A DNA stretch of 64,000 nucleotides from an uncultured Actinomycetota bacterium. Lineage in GTDB: Bacteria; Actinomycetota; Actinomycetes; Propionibacteriales; Nocardioidaceae. The stretch spans positions 3,105 to 67,104 of the forward strand of contig CAWFOH010000010.1 of the NCBI GenBank assembly GCA_963817425.1, written 5' to 3'. Below are positions 1-9,255 of the stretch, piece by piece (the first letter of the stretch is position 1; every line of letters begins with the position of its first letter). The notes below the pieces were generated by a model, which worked only from the letters and a program-made list of their open reading frames with translations, was not told where the DNA came from and made no database searches. The position numbers and the translations under genes were made by a program.

Positions 1-146
1 TCAGCGATCGTGGTCGCCCTTTGGTTGCCGTTCATTCGACGAACGCTGCCATGGCGACCTGCCCCGGTCAATGCAACAGAGCAGGCCGCTCGCAGCCCGA
101 ACGCTCGGTGAATTGGCGTTCGCTGAGTGAACGCTAGGGTGGATGT

Positions 147-923
147 ATGTCGAAGAGTGCTCAAGGGCCCGAGGTCGTGTCGCGGGTCGGTGACCTGTTG
201 CGGGGCGTGGCCGCGCATGAGCCCCGTGGTGTGTCCACCACCGACGTGGCTCGCGACATCGCGATGGCCAGGCCCACAGCTCACCGCCTGCTCAGCTCCT
301 TGGCGCGGGAGGGTCTGGTCGATCGCGACAATGGGACGGGCGCATGGCACTTGGGGCCGGAGCTCTATCTCCTGGGCGCGACGGCATCGCCGCGCTACGA
401 CGTCAGGGATCCCGCCCGTGAGGTGGTTCACGACTTGGCGGCGAGTACCGGCGAGAGTGCGTTCTTCTCCGCTCGGCGGGGCGACGAGACCGTATGCCTG
501 GTGCGGGAGGACGGGAGCTTTCCGTTGCGTTCACACGTCCTGCACGAAGGCATCCGATTTCCCCTCGGGGTCGCGTCCGCAGGGCTCGCGATCCTGGCGC
601 ACCTCCCCGAGCGCGAGCAGGAGGCCTACCTGTCCAGGGCCGAGCTCACGTCGACGTGGGGGGACCTTCACAGCGCGGAGGGCCTCCGAGACCGGGTCGC
701 GGAGACGCGTCGGGTTGGCTACGCGACCAACCCCGGGCTGATCGTCGAGGGCAGCTGGGGCATGGCCGCGGCGGTGTTCGACGGCGCCGCCACGCCGGCG
801 TGGGCGTTGAGCCTCACTGGTGTCGAGTCACGGTTCCGTGAGGAGCGCCGTCCCGAGCTCGGTCGCCTGCTGCTCGACCAGGCCCATCGCCTGACGCGAA
901 GTCTGCAATCCTCCGACACGTAG
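147..923 (+). CDS. IclR-family transcriptional regulator (PobR/PcaR-like)
   Basis: N-terminal HTH (MARPTAHRLLSSL); C-terminal IclR effector domain (RFPLGVASAGLAILA, GYATNPG). Confidence 0.9.
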   Translation: MSKSAQGPEVVSRVGDLLRGVAAHEPRGVSTTDVARDIAMARPTAHRLLSSLAREGLVDRDNGTGAWHLGPELYLLGATASPRYDVRDPAREVVHDLAASTGESAFFSARRGDETVCLVREDGSFPLRSHVLHEGIRFPLGVASAGLAILAHLPEREQEAYLSRAELTSTWGDLHSAEGLRDRVAETRRVGYATNPGLIVEGSWGMAAAVFDGAATPAWALSLTGVESRFREERRPELGRLLLDQAHRLTRSLQSSDT

Positions 924-930
924 TGCGGGT

Positions 931-1275
931 GTGCGTGCCATGTCCACCGGCCTCCACGCACACTCAATGCCAGGCGACACCATCGGGCAGGCGAACAACG
1001 CCCTGCTGTATCCCGGGCTGGGCCTCGGCACGATCGTCTCCCGCGCCAGCCATGTCACCGATGGGATGCTGCTGGCTGCCGCCGAGGCCGTTGCGGGCCA
1101 GGTCGACGTCAGCGAGCCGGGAGCCTCGCTGCTGCCGCCGGTGGAGAATTTGCGCGCCTCGTCCGCCACCGTCGCGGTCGCCGTCGCCAAGGCCGCCGCA
1201 GACGACGGCGTCGCTACCGTCAAGCACGACAGCCTCGTCCAAGCCGTTCAGGACGCAATGTGGCAGCCCGTCTAG
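931..1275 (+). pseudogene. C-terminal fragment of NAD-dependent malic enzyme
   Basis: GQANNALLYPGLGLG...MLLAAAEAVA...LLPP...AMWQP matches the malic enzyme C-terminus; the N-terminal majority of the protein is absent. Confidence 0.8.
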
Positions 1276-1301
1276 AGCGCCGAGGTGAGCGCCTGACACA
1301 G

Positions 1302-2093
1302 TCAGTCCGGCGCATCTGCTTGGAGCTTCTCGATGAGAGATGCCACATCGCGAGAAGCCGCGATAAGACTCAACAGCCCTTTCTCCTCGGCGTGAGCTCG
1401 TATGCACGCCTCCACAACCGCGGGGAAGTCCTCGTGCGGAACGATGCACAACCCGTCATCGTCACCAACCAGGTAGTCGCCAGGGTGGACGGGCGCTCCA
1501 CCAATCATCACCAGGTCGTTGATGGCCGCAGCCTCGATGCGAAACCGACCAGCGACAGGCACCCGGTCGGCGCACCACACGGGAAGCCCGGTCCCGAGGA
1601 TGGAGGCGCTGTCCCGGACTGCGCCATCGACGACGACACCCGCGACCCCCGCCAGTTCGGCCCACGCGGCAGACAGGCCGCCCATGACGGCAACGCCCCG
1701 AGCACAGGAGCAATCCATCACGGCGACGTCTCCCGGTTCCGCAACACCATAGAGGTCGCGGTCGCCGGCGATCATACGAATCCCACTCGCCCGCGTGACG
1801 GCAGGGTTTCCCGCCAGCGCCACGTACCGAAGCGTCACCGCCGGTCCGATCACGCGCTGGTTCGGACCGACAGGAGCGACTGCCGATCGAGGCAGGATTG
1901 ATCCGCGTCCCGTCTGGTCGAGGACGTCGGCAACGGCAGAGCTCAGGTCGGGCACACCCGACAACTCGTCAACCAGTGACTTCGGATGACGACGGACGGC
2001 CGCGCTGATCCGGTCCAGCGGAACTCCCCCAGTGAGTCTGGCCCGCACCGCTGCCGAGACGCTCCCGCCGGCTTCCTGGCCATTTGTCGTCAC
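1302..2093 (-). CDS. RraA-family / HMG-CHA aldolase-like protein
   Basis: SAVADVLD, GPAVT, AVMGGL, GVVVDGAVRD, VHPGDYLVGDDDG motifs. Confidence 0.85.
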   Translation of the reverse strand: MTTNGQEAGGSVSAAVRARLTGGVPLDRISAAVRRHPKSLVDELSGVPDLSSAVADVLDQTGRGSILPRSAVAPVGPNQRVIGPAVTLRYVALAGNPAVTRASGIRMIAGDRDLYGVAEPGDVAVMDCSCARGVAVMGGLSAAWAELAGVAGVVVDGAVRDSASILGTGLPVWCADRVPVAGRFRIEAAAINDLVMIGGAPVHPGDYLVGDDDGLCIVPHEDFPAVVEACIRAHAEEKGLLSLIAASRDVASLIEKLQADAPD

Positions 2094-2698
2094 GACTTCA
2101 CCCTGCGACGGGGAACACTCGGCATGGTGAGGCGCCGGCGGGACTCATATTCCTCGATCTCGGACACCCGGTCACGCAACGTGACGTCAATGTCATCAAG
2201 GCCGTTCATGATCCTCCATCGGAAGTTGTCCGGGAACTCGAACCGGAGCTGAACATCGCCCATCGTCACGGTGCGCGTCTCCAGATCGACCAGCAGGTGA
2301 GCGGCCGGACTCGATTCAATGCCCTGCCAGAGCCTCTCGATGTCCTCCTCGGGCATGACCCCGGCCACCAGGCCGTTAGCGGCGGCGTTGGTCCTGAAGA
2401 TGTCGCCGAAGCGTGGCGCAAGCACGACCCGGAAGCCGTAGTCGAGCAAAGCCCACACGGCCCACTCACGCGAGGAGCCGGTGCCGAAGTCCGGTCCGGC
2501 GACCATGACGGTGGCGCCTTGGTGTTCTGGTCGGTTCATCACGAAGTCCGGATCGAGCCGCCATTCGGCGAGCAGCGCGTCCTGGTGCCCCGACTTCAGG
2601 ATGTTCCCGACGCAGCGTGCGGGGTAGAGCTGGTCGGTGTCCACGTTGGACCGGCGAAGCGGAAGCCCCGTGCCCTCGTGCTGGATCAGCGCCTTCAC
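2090..2698 (-). CDS. leuD: 3-isopropylmalate dehydratase small subunit-like protein (LeuD family, divergent)
   Basis: [34 protein letters not shown]; GTG start overlaps the stop of the leuC-like gene. Confidence 0.85.
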   Translation of the reverse strand: MKALIQHEGTGLPLRRSNVDTDQLYPARCVGNILKSGHQDALLAEWRLDPDFVMNRPEHQGATVMVAGPDFGTGSSREWAVWALLDYGFRVVLAPRFGDIFRTNAAANGLVAGVMPEEDIERLWQGIESSPAAHLLVDLETRTVTMGDVQLRFEFPDNFRWRIMNGLDDIDVTLRDRVSEIEEYESRRRLTMPSVPRRRVKS

Positions 2699-4128
2699 AA
2701 TGTCTCCAAATCTCGGGGTTCGGCCAGATGGCCGGCCACCGCGCTCGCGGCAGCGACTGCGGGGGACACGACGTGGGTTCGCACACCCGGACCCTGCCGG
2801 CCCTCGAAGTTGCGATTGTTGGTCGAAGCCGTTCGGCGACCAGCCGGCAGTCGCTCGCCATTGATGGCGATGCACATCGAGCACCCGGAGAATCTGAGCT
2901 CGACGCCCGCTGCCTCGAAGATTCGATCGAGACCTTCTTCGATCGCCTGTCGGCGCACCGCCTCCGAGCCAGGGACGAGGAACACCTCGACGTCTGGAGA
3001 TATGCGCCGGCCCTCCCAGACCTCGGCTGCGACGCGCAGGTCCTCGATCCGGCTGTTCGTGCAGGACCCGATGAACACGGCATCGATTTCCACGCTTTTC
3101 ATCCGCGTGCCGGGTTCGAGATCCATGTACGCCAGTGCCTGCTCGGCGGCCGAACGCGTGACCTCGTCCGGCATGCTCGAAGGCGCGGGCACGGCGCCGC
3201 TCAGTGGCACGGTCTGACTGGGATTAGTGCCCCACGTGACGCGGGGGGAAAGCGATGAGCCGTCGATGTGAAGCTCCCGATCGAATTCCGCGTCGTCATC
3301 GGTGACGAACGTCTTCCAGTACTCCACCTCGCGGTCGAACGCGTCCCCCGTCGGGACATGACGTCGATCACGGAGATATTCGAACGTGGTCTCGTCCGCG
3401 ACGACCAGGCCAGCACGTGCCCCGGCCTCGATGCTCATGTTGCACAAGGTCATCCGCGCCTCCATGGACATGGCCCGAATTGCCGACCCTTGATACTCGA
3501 TCACATGTCCGGCGCCGCCTGAGGTGCCTATCCGCTCGATCATCGCCAGTGCGATGTCCTTGGCGCTGACACCAGGGGGCAGCTCGCCGTCGACGGTGAC
3601 GCGCATGTTCTTCATCCTCGACATGGGCAGCGCCTGGGTCGCGAGAACGTGCTCGAGCTGCGTGGTGCCAATCCCGAAGGCAAGAGCTCCCATCGCGCCG
3701 TGCGTTGACGTGTGGGAGTCGCAGCACACGATCGTCGAGCCGGGCTGTGACAGACCGAGCTCGGGACCGATGACGTGGACGATGCCACGCGAATCGTTGC
3801 CCAGCTGGTAGAGCTCGATCCCGAACTCTTCGCAGTTGCGCCGCATCTCCGACAGATAAGTATCCGTCACGGGATTCAGGCGCCCGATGTTGATGGTCGG
3901 CGTGACGTGATCCTCGGTTCCCAACGTCAGCTCTGGGCGCCGAACCGTACGACCCGCGGCACGTAGTCCCTCGAACGCGACCGGGGTGTTCGTCTCGATG
4001 AGCAGGGTCAGATCGATGTATATCAGGTCACGGCCATCGTCGCGGCTCACGATGTGCGCGTCCCAGATCTTGTCAGCGGCCGTCCGCCCGCCGAGCCTGC
4101 CGGGCTCAGCCAAGTCAGCTGTGCTCAT
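2695..4128 (-). CDS. leuC: 3-isopropylmalate dehydratase large subunit-like protein (LeuC/aconitase family, divergent)
   Basis: [38 protein letters not shown] (4Fe-4S ligands), [12 protein letters not shown]. Confidence 0.9.
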   Translation of the reverse strand: MSTADLAEPGRLGGRTAADKIWDAHIVSRDDGRDLIYIDLTLLIETNTPVAFEGLRAAGRTVRRPELTLGTEDHVTPTINIGRLNPVTDTYLSEMRRNCEEFGIELYQLGNDSRGIVHVIGPELGLSQPGSTIVCCDSHTSTHGAMGALAFGIGTTQLEHVLATQALPMSRMKNMRVTVDGELPPGVSAKDIALAMIERIGTSGGAGHVIEYQGSAIRAMSMEARMTLCNMSIEAGARAGLVVADETTFEYLRDRRHVPTGDAFDREVEYWKTFVTDDDAEFDRELHIDGSSLSPRVTWGTNPSQTVPLSGAVPAPSSMPDEVTRSAAEQALAYMDLEPGTRMKSVEIDAVFIGSCTNSRIEDLRVAAEVWEGRRISPDVEVFLVPGSEAVRRQAIEEGLDRIFEAAGVELRFSGCSMCIAINGERLPAGRRTASTNNRNFEGRQGPGVRTHVVSPAVAAASAVAGHLAEPRDLETL

Positions 4129-5657
4129 GCGTTCTCCTTTTCTTTAGCGTCGGACCGCCGCTTGGCGGACCGGTTGATTCGCCAGGCATTCAGGCGGGTC
4201 AAGATGATTGCGGCGACCGTGACGGCGATGATCCCGCCGGAGATGGGACGGCTGATGAAGATCGACCAATCGCCATCGGACAGCAGAAGCGAACGACGCA
4301 GGTTGGTCTCGAGCAGCGGCACCAGGACCACGCCCAGGATGGCTGGCGCGAGAGGGATCCCGCTGACCTCCATGAAGTAGCCGAGCAGACCCATGGCGAA
4401 GAGGATCCCGAGAGAGAACGTGCTGAACGTTGTTGCCCACGCACCGAGCACCGTGAACATCAGGACGCCGGCGTAGAGCAACGGCGGCGGGATCTTCAGC
4501 AGCTGCACAAAGATTCGCACCATCGGCAGGTTCAGGAGCAGCAGCATGGTGTTGCCGACCAAGAGACTGGCGATGATGGTCCAGACCAGGTCCGGGTCGG
4601 TCTCGAAGAGCTGGGGACCCGCCTGCAGGCCGTACATCTGGAAGACGAACAGCAGGAGTGCCGTGGTCGCGGTCGCGGGTATCCCGAGGGTCAGCATCGG
4701 GATCATGGCGCCGCCGGCGGCGGCATTGTTGGCTGTCTCGGGTCCGGCGACTCCTTCGATCGCGCCCTGTCCGATCTGGTTTCGGTACTTGCGCTTCGCC
4801 CACTTCTTCTCCACCGAGTAGGACGCGAACGTACCGACCGTAGGTCCGAGCCCCGGAAGAATGCCCGCGACGAATCCGACGACGGAGCCACGGCCATAGG
4901 ACGGGAGCGATCGCTTCCATTCCTCCCGGGACATTCGAGGCGAACCCTGCATGGCGAACCGCTTGTGCAGGCTCTGGTGCAGGCTTGCCAGGTGGCGCAC
5001 GGCCTCGGGGATCGCGAACATCGCCATGGCAGCGATGGCGAGGTCGATTCCATCCATCAGGTCGGGCAGACCGAACGTCCAGCGTTGGACGGCCGTCTGG
5101 TTATCGATCCCGATCATGCCGAGCACCATTCCGATGGCCACTGAGATCATCGCCTTCGTCCGTGAGCCGGCCATGAGCGTTCCGGTGAGCAGCAGTGCCG
5201 CCGCCAGCAGAACGGCGTACTCCGGCGACGCGAACTTCAAGGCAAGCTTCGTCAGCAGGGGAGCCATCAGGACCAGGCCGGCCAGCGCGAACAACCCGCC
5301 CACGTACGAGCCGATGGCTGACGTGGCGAGCGCGGCGCCCGCCCTGCCGTTCTTGGCCATCTTGTAGCCGTCGATGGCGGTCACGGCGTTGGCGACCTCG
5401 CCCGGTGTGTTCATCAAGATCGACGTGATCGAGCCGCCATACATGGCCCCGTAGTAGATGCCACTCATGAGGATGAGGGCGGCGACCGGGTCCATCCCGT
5501 ATGAGAGTGGGATCAGGAGGGCAATCGCCGTGATGGGTCCGAGTCCGGGGATGACTCCGACGACTGTGCCGATCAGCACTCCGACGAAGACGAACAGAAG
5601 GTTCTGTGGAGTCAGGGCGGAGCCGAGCCCATCGAGGAGGTAGCCGAGGGATTCCAT
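4125..5657 (-). CDS. tctA: Tripartite tricarboxylate transporter permease TctA
   Basis: [35 protein letters not shown]; highly hydrophobic; start taken at MESLGY. Confidence 0.92.
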   Translation of the reverse strand: MESLGYLLDGLGSALTPQNLLFVFVGVLIGTVVGVIPGLGPITAIALLIPLSYGMDPVAALILMSGIYYGAMYGGSITSILMNTPGEVANAVTAIDGYKMAKNGRAGAALATSAIGSYVGGLFALAGLVLMAPLLTKLALKFASPEYAVLLAAALLLTGTLMAGSRTKAMISVAIGMVLGMIGIDNQTAVQRWTFGLPDLMDGIDLAIAAMAMFAIPEAVRHLASLHQSLHKRFAMQGSPRMSREEWKRSLPSYGRGSVVGFVAGILPGLGPTVGTFASYSVEKKWAKRKYRNQIGQGAIEGVAGPETANNAAAGGAMIPMLTLGIPATATTALLLFVFQMYGLQAGPQLFETDPDLVWTIIASLLVGNTMLLLLNLPMVRIFVQLLKIPPPLLYAGVLMFTVLGAWATTFSTFSLGILFAMGLLGYFMEVSGIPLAPAILGVVLVPLLETNLRRSLLLSDGDWSIFISRPISGGIIAVTVAAIILTRLNAWRINRSAKRRSDAKEKENA

Positions 5658-5668
5658 GAGGGTGCCTT

Positions 5669-6211
5669 TCAGCCCAAGACGCCAGGGGGGAGTTGGACAT
5701 CCAGGACCTGCGTGAAGAAGAGGTAGGTCACGACTGAGGTCCCGATGCCAGCCACCACGTTGCGCGGCCACTTGTCCCGGTCAGCAAATGTCGCGACACC
5801 CGACAGGAACAAAGCCGTTGAGACGATGAACCCCATCGGCACGAACACGATGATGTAGACGAGGAACGCCGCCAGGACTGCGAGCAGGCGCTTTGGCGGC
5901 ACAGCGTCCTCGGCCATCACCTCGCCGACCAGCCGCATCTCCTCTTCCATTCCGTCGCCGTCAAGGCGCACCGGCGTCGTGGACTGTGTGCGGTTGCGCA
6001 GAGCCGACACGATCATGACCAGACCACCGACCAGCAGGACGACGCTCGCCACCGTCGGAAAGACCGCGGGACCGAGTGGATCGCCCGACGTGGTCGGGCG
6101 ATCCATCCGGCGGGCCTCGAACAGGAGCACTGCGCCCACGATCGCGACCACAACTCCTGAAAGGAGCTCTTTGCGGTCCGTCGACGGGGTCCGCTCGATT
6201 GACTCACTCAC
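5669..6211 (-). CDS. tctB: Tripartite tricarboxylate transporter TctB
   Basis: About four TM helices, LGPAVFP, C-terminal LDVQLPPG; lies between tctC and tctA. Confidence 0.85.
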   Translation of the reverse strand: MSESIERTPSTDRKELLSGVVVAIVGAVLLFEARRMDRPTTSGDPLGPAVFPTVASVVLLVGGLVMIVSALRNRTQSTTPVRLDGDGMEEEMRLVGEVMAEDAVPPKRLLAVLAAFLVYIIVFVPMGFIVSTALFLSGVATFADRDKWPRNVVAGIGTSVVTYLFFTQVLDVQLPPGVLG

Positions 6212-7206
6212 GGGATGATCGGCCGACCCAAGCTGTCCGCCACGGCCTGAATCTGCGCCTTCGTGTCGGCGACGAAGCTTTCGAGCTCCTCGCCAGTCTT
6301 GAACGCGGTGGTCCACTGGTTGCGCTCGGCGACCGTCGCCCACGTCTTGCTGGTGGTCGCCTCCTTCAGTGCGTTGGTCCAGTAGTCCACCGCATACTTG
6401 GGCATGTCCGGCGGCCCGTAGATCAGGCGCCAGTTCGCCAGTGTCGTCTCGTAGCCCTGGTCCGCGCTCGTCTGGACGTCCAGCCCGGGCAGTGGCTTGT
6501 CGCTCACGACGGCCAGTCCCTTGAGATCGCCGCCTGTCATCAACGGTTTCAGCTCGCTGACTCCGGCGACGGCGACTTTCACGTCGCCATTCAGCACCGC
6601 CGTCGCCTGCTCCCCGCCGCCCTCGTACGTCACGAACTTGATCTTGGAGGCGTCGACCCCGGCCTCTTCTGCCAGCAGAATGAAGACGAGGCTGTCCTCG
6701 AGCGGCGCAGCAACGGGGAACGCAGACGGGTCCTTGGCGAGCTCCTTGAACATCGAGTCGAGATCGTCGTACGGGGCGTCGGCGGATGTGGCGACGGCGA
6801 ACTGCTCGAGCATGAGGCTGCCGAGCATCGTGACATCGGCGAGACTGTGCTTGGAGCGCTTCTCGACATCGAGAAGAACCGTCGAGGTCGAGGCCACGGA
6901 GAGTTTGTCGTCGTCGCCCTTGTACTGCTCGACCATCGCGTTCATGTATGTCGTGGTGAGCCCTCCTGGGCGGTTCTGCAGGGTGAGCGGGCTCGTGACG
7001 ATCCGCTCCTTCTCGAGGACCTGGGCAAGCGCGCGGATCGTGAGATCGAAGCCGCTACCGGGCTCGGTCGGAGCCGTCATGCTGATGGGGCCCTTGGGGT
7101 AGTCGTCGGCTGATCCCGACGCGCTTCCGGTCTGGCCGCAAGCGGCTGTTGTGGTGGCCAACAGCGCCATGGCCCCGATCACGGCGGCAATTCGACGTAC
7201 CTGCAT
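6208..7206 (-). CDS. tctC: Tripartite tricarboxylate transporter substrate-binding lipoprotein TctC
   Basis: Lipoprotein signal (TAAC), YPKGPI, PGSGFD, NRPGG, YEGGGE, NWR; GGAG RBS upstream. Confidence 0.9.
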   Translation of the reverse strand: MQVRRIAAVIGAMALLATTTAACGQTGSASGSADDYPKGPISMTAPTEPGSGFDLTIRALAQVLEKERIVTSPLTLQNRPGGLTTTYMNAMVEQYKGDDDKLSVASTSTVLLDVEKRSKHSLADVTMLGSLMLEQFAVATSADAPYDDLDSMFKELAKDPSAFPVAAPLEDSLVFILLAEEAGVDASKIKFVTYEGGGEQATAVLNGDVKVAVAGVSELKPLMTGGDLKGLAVVSDKPLPGLDVQTSADQGYETTLANWRLIYGPPDMPKYAVDYWTNALKEATTSKTWATVAERNQWTTAFKTGEELESFVADTKAQIQAVADSLGRPIIP

Positions 7207-7272
7207 CAAGATCTCCTAGCGTCTCCCGCAATCGGTCAGGACGCGGAAGCGAGTGACGTAACGGGTCTGGGT

Positions 7273-7300
7273 CAGTGATATATTTCGCAATACTTCACTG
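7273..7300. promoter_or_regulatory. AT-rich inverted repeat in the tctC/GntR divergent promoter (candidate GntR operator)
   Basis: CAGTGA-tatatttcgcaatact-TCACTG. Confidence 0.4.
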
Positions 7301-7401
7301 GTATGGACAATATGGCGAAGGGCACATGTGATGTCAACCACTCAGCCGGTACATTCGCTCCGACGAGCCAACTCGTGTCGGCTCTGACCCTGAGGAGAAC
7401 C

Positions 7402-8130
7402 TTGTCCGTCACCCGTCCTGAGGACGCACCCGAGCAGCGAATCCCGCGGCTGTCTCTCACAGAGAAGGCGTACTCGAGTCTGCGAGAGGACATCATCAAG
7501 GCTCGGCGACGTCCCGAGAGCATGCTGCTCGAGCACGAGCTGGCCCAGGAATACGGGATGTCCAAGACGCCCATTCGCGAGGCCTTGCGACTGCTCGTCA
7601 ACGAGGGATGGGTCGTGGTGCTCCCGCGCAAGGGGTATTTCGTGCGTCCCCTTCGTTTCGAAGACGTCCGGGAGATTTTTGCGCTTCGCCAGATGATCGA
7701 GCCCGCGGTCGTGGTCGCGGCGGCACATCGGAGCACGGCAGAGGAGCTCGACGAGCTCGAACAACACGTTCACCGCCAGGCCGCGGCAGGCGACGATGTT
7801 GAAACGGCACTCGCGGCTGCGGCTGCATTTCATCGCGAGATAGCACGCCTGGGCGGCAACCAGCGGGCCGAGCGCGTGCTCGTCTCGCTGTTCGACGAGT
7901 CCCTGCGACTGCACTATCTCGCACCCAAGTACGGTTCGCGGCTCAACGAGCCTGCAGAGATCGAGGATCACTTGGCGATCGTTGAAGCCATGCGGACTCA
8001 GGACGCTGCGCTGGCGTTCGAGGTCACGGAGCGGCATCACCGTGAGTCGCTCCGGCAGACCATGAACGGCCTGGCCGGTGTCCCCGACCTGCAAGGCTTT
8101 CGGCGCTCGATCATGGACAACCCCGCCTGA
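7402..8130 (+). CDS. GntR/FadR-family (FCD domain) regulator
   Basis: EHELAQEYGMSKTPIREAL HTH, FH and EDHLAI FCD motifs; TTG start after GAGGAG. Confidence 0.9.
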   Translation: MSVTRPEDAPEQRIPRLSLTEKAYSSLREDIIKARRRPESMLLEHELAQEYGMSKTPIREALRLLVNEGWVVVLPRKGYFVRPLRFEDVREIFALRQMIEPAVVVAAAHRSTAEELDELEQHVHRQAAAGDDVETALAAAAAFHREIARLGGNQRAERVLVSLFDESLRLHYLAPKYGSRLNEPAEIEDHLAIVEAMRTQDAALAFEVTERHHRESLRQTMNGLAGVPDLQGFRRSIMDNPA

Positions 8131-8164
8131 AGCGCACGCCACCGCACGGCTGGCACGGGGATGA

Positions 8165-9253
8165 TCAGGTCGCATATACCCTCCTGAGCTGAGGATCCCC
8201 GGCCCCCGCGTCCAGCGAGCCGTTCAGCCGATTCCGGGCGTCGACGAGGGCGGTTGCCAACGGCGTGGATCTGGTCTCGGCCGCTTGGGCGAGGATCACC
8301 GCCAGACGAGATCCGATCGCCTCGACATCGGTCAAGACCTCGTCCGGGGGTCTGCCATCCAGCTTTGTTCCAACTCCCCACACGGCACCGCCGGCGTTGA
8401 CTATGAAGTCGGGAGCCCACACGATGCCGCGGTCGGCCAGCAGGTCCGCGACGCCGTCGTCGGTCAACTGGTTGTTGGCGGGGCCGACGACGGCTCGACA
8501 TCTGAGGCCGGCCACGCTCTCCGGTGAGAGCAGCCCCCCGAGAGCGGCCGGCACCACGAAGTCAACGTCCGCGTGGAGGGCGTCGGCAGGGGTGATCCAC
8601 TCAGCACCGAGGTCCGCCGTCGTCGCGCGTTTTGTCTCATCCACATCGGACACGAGCAGCCGAGCGCCGTCAGCCGCGAGCAGCCGGGCAAGTGGCGCTC
8701 CCACAGCGCCGAGACCGATGATCGACATGCTCCGACCGCGTAGATCGGCTCGCCCGAAGATGTGCTCCGCCGTCGCTACGAGCGAGGAGTACACGCCTAG
8801 AGACGTAGGCTCCACCTCGTCGGGAGCGGGCAGGGGCGACCCGGTTGCGACCCATGGAGTGCATTGCCGGACCACCTGCATGTCCTCGGAGCTCGTTCCC
8901 ACGTCCTCTCCGGTGATGTATTCGCCGGCAAGGTCCTCGATGACATCTCCGAGATCCAGCATGGCGGCCACCCGAAGGTCTGGAGCGAGCACGGTGCCTG
9001 GACTGAGGACGATCACCGACTTGCCACCGCCCCGCTTGATGCCGGCTGCCGCGCACTTGAGCGACATGGCTTCCGACAGGCGAAGGGCGTCGGCCAGGCC
9101 ATCGACCCAAGACCCGTAGGTCCACATCCGGCAACCACCCACCGCGCGACCGAGCCTGGTGGAGTGCACGGCCACGACGATCGTCAGTCCCGACCGCTCA
9201 CCCCGCCGAATGCTGACTCGCTCATGCTCCATCGACTCACTCATCTGCAGCAT
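8165..9253 (-). CDS. Glu/Leu/Phe/Val dehydrogenase (leucine/phenylalanine dehydrogenase-like)
   Basis: AVGGCRM, MSLK, GGGKSV, GEDVGT, GLGAVG Rossmann motif, GPANNQL, PDFIVNAGG. Confidence 0.9.
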   Translation of the reverse strand: MLQMSESMEHERVSIRRGERSGLTIVVAVHSTRLGRAVGGCRMWTYGSWVDGLADALRLSEAMSLKCAAAGIKRGGGKSVIVLSPGTVLAPDLRVAAMLDLGDVIEDLAGEYITGEDVGTSSEDMQVVRQCTPWVATGSPLPAPDEVEPTSLGVYSSLVATAEHIFGRADLRGRSMSIIGLGAVGAPLARLLAADGARLLVSDVDETKRATTADLGAEWITPADALHADVDFVVPAALGGLLSPESVAGLRCRAVVGPANNQLTDDGVADLLADRGIVWAPDFIVNAGGAVWGVGTKLDGRPPDEVLTDVEAIGSRLAVILAQAAETRSTPLATALVDARNRLNGSLDAGAGDPQLRRVYAT

Positions 9254-9255
9254 GG

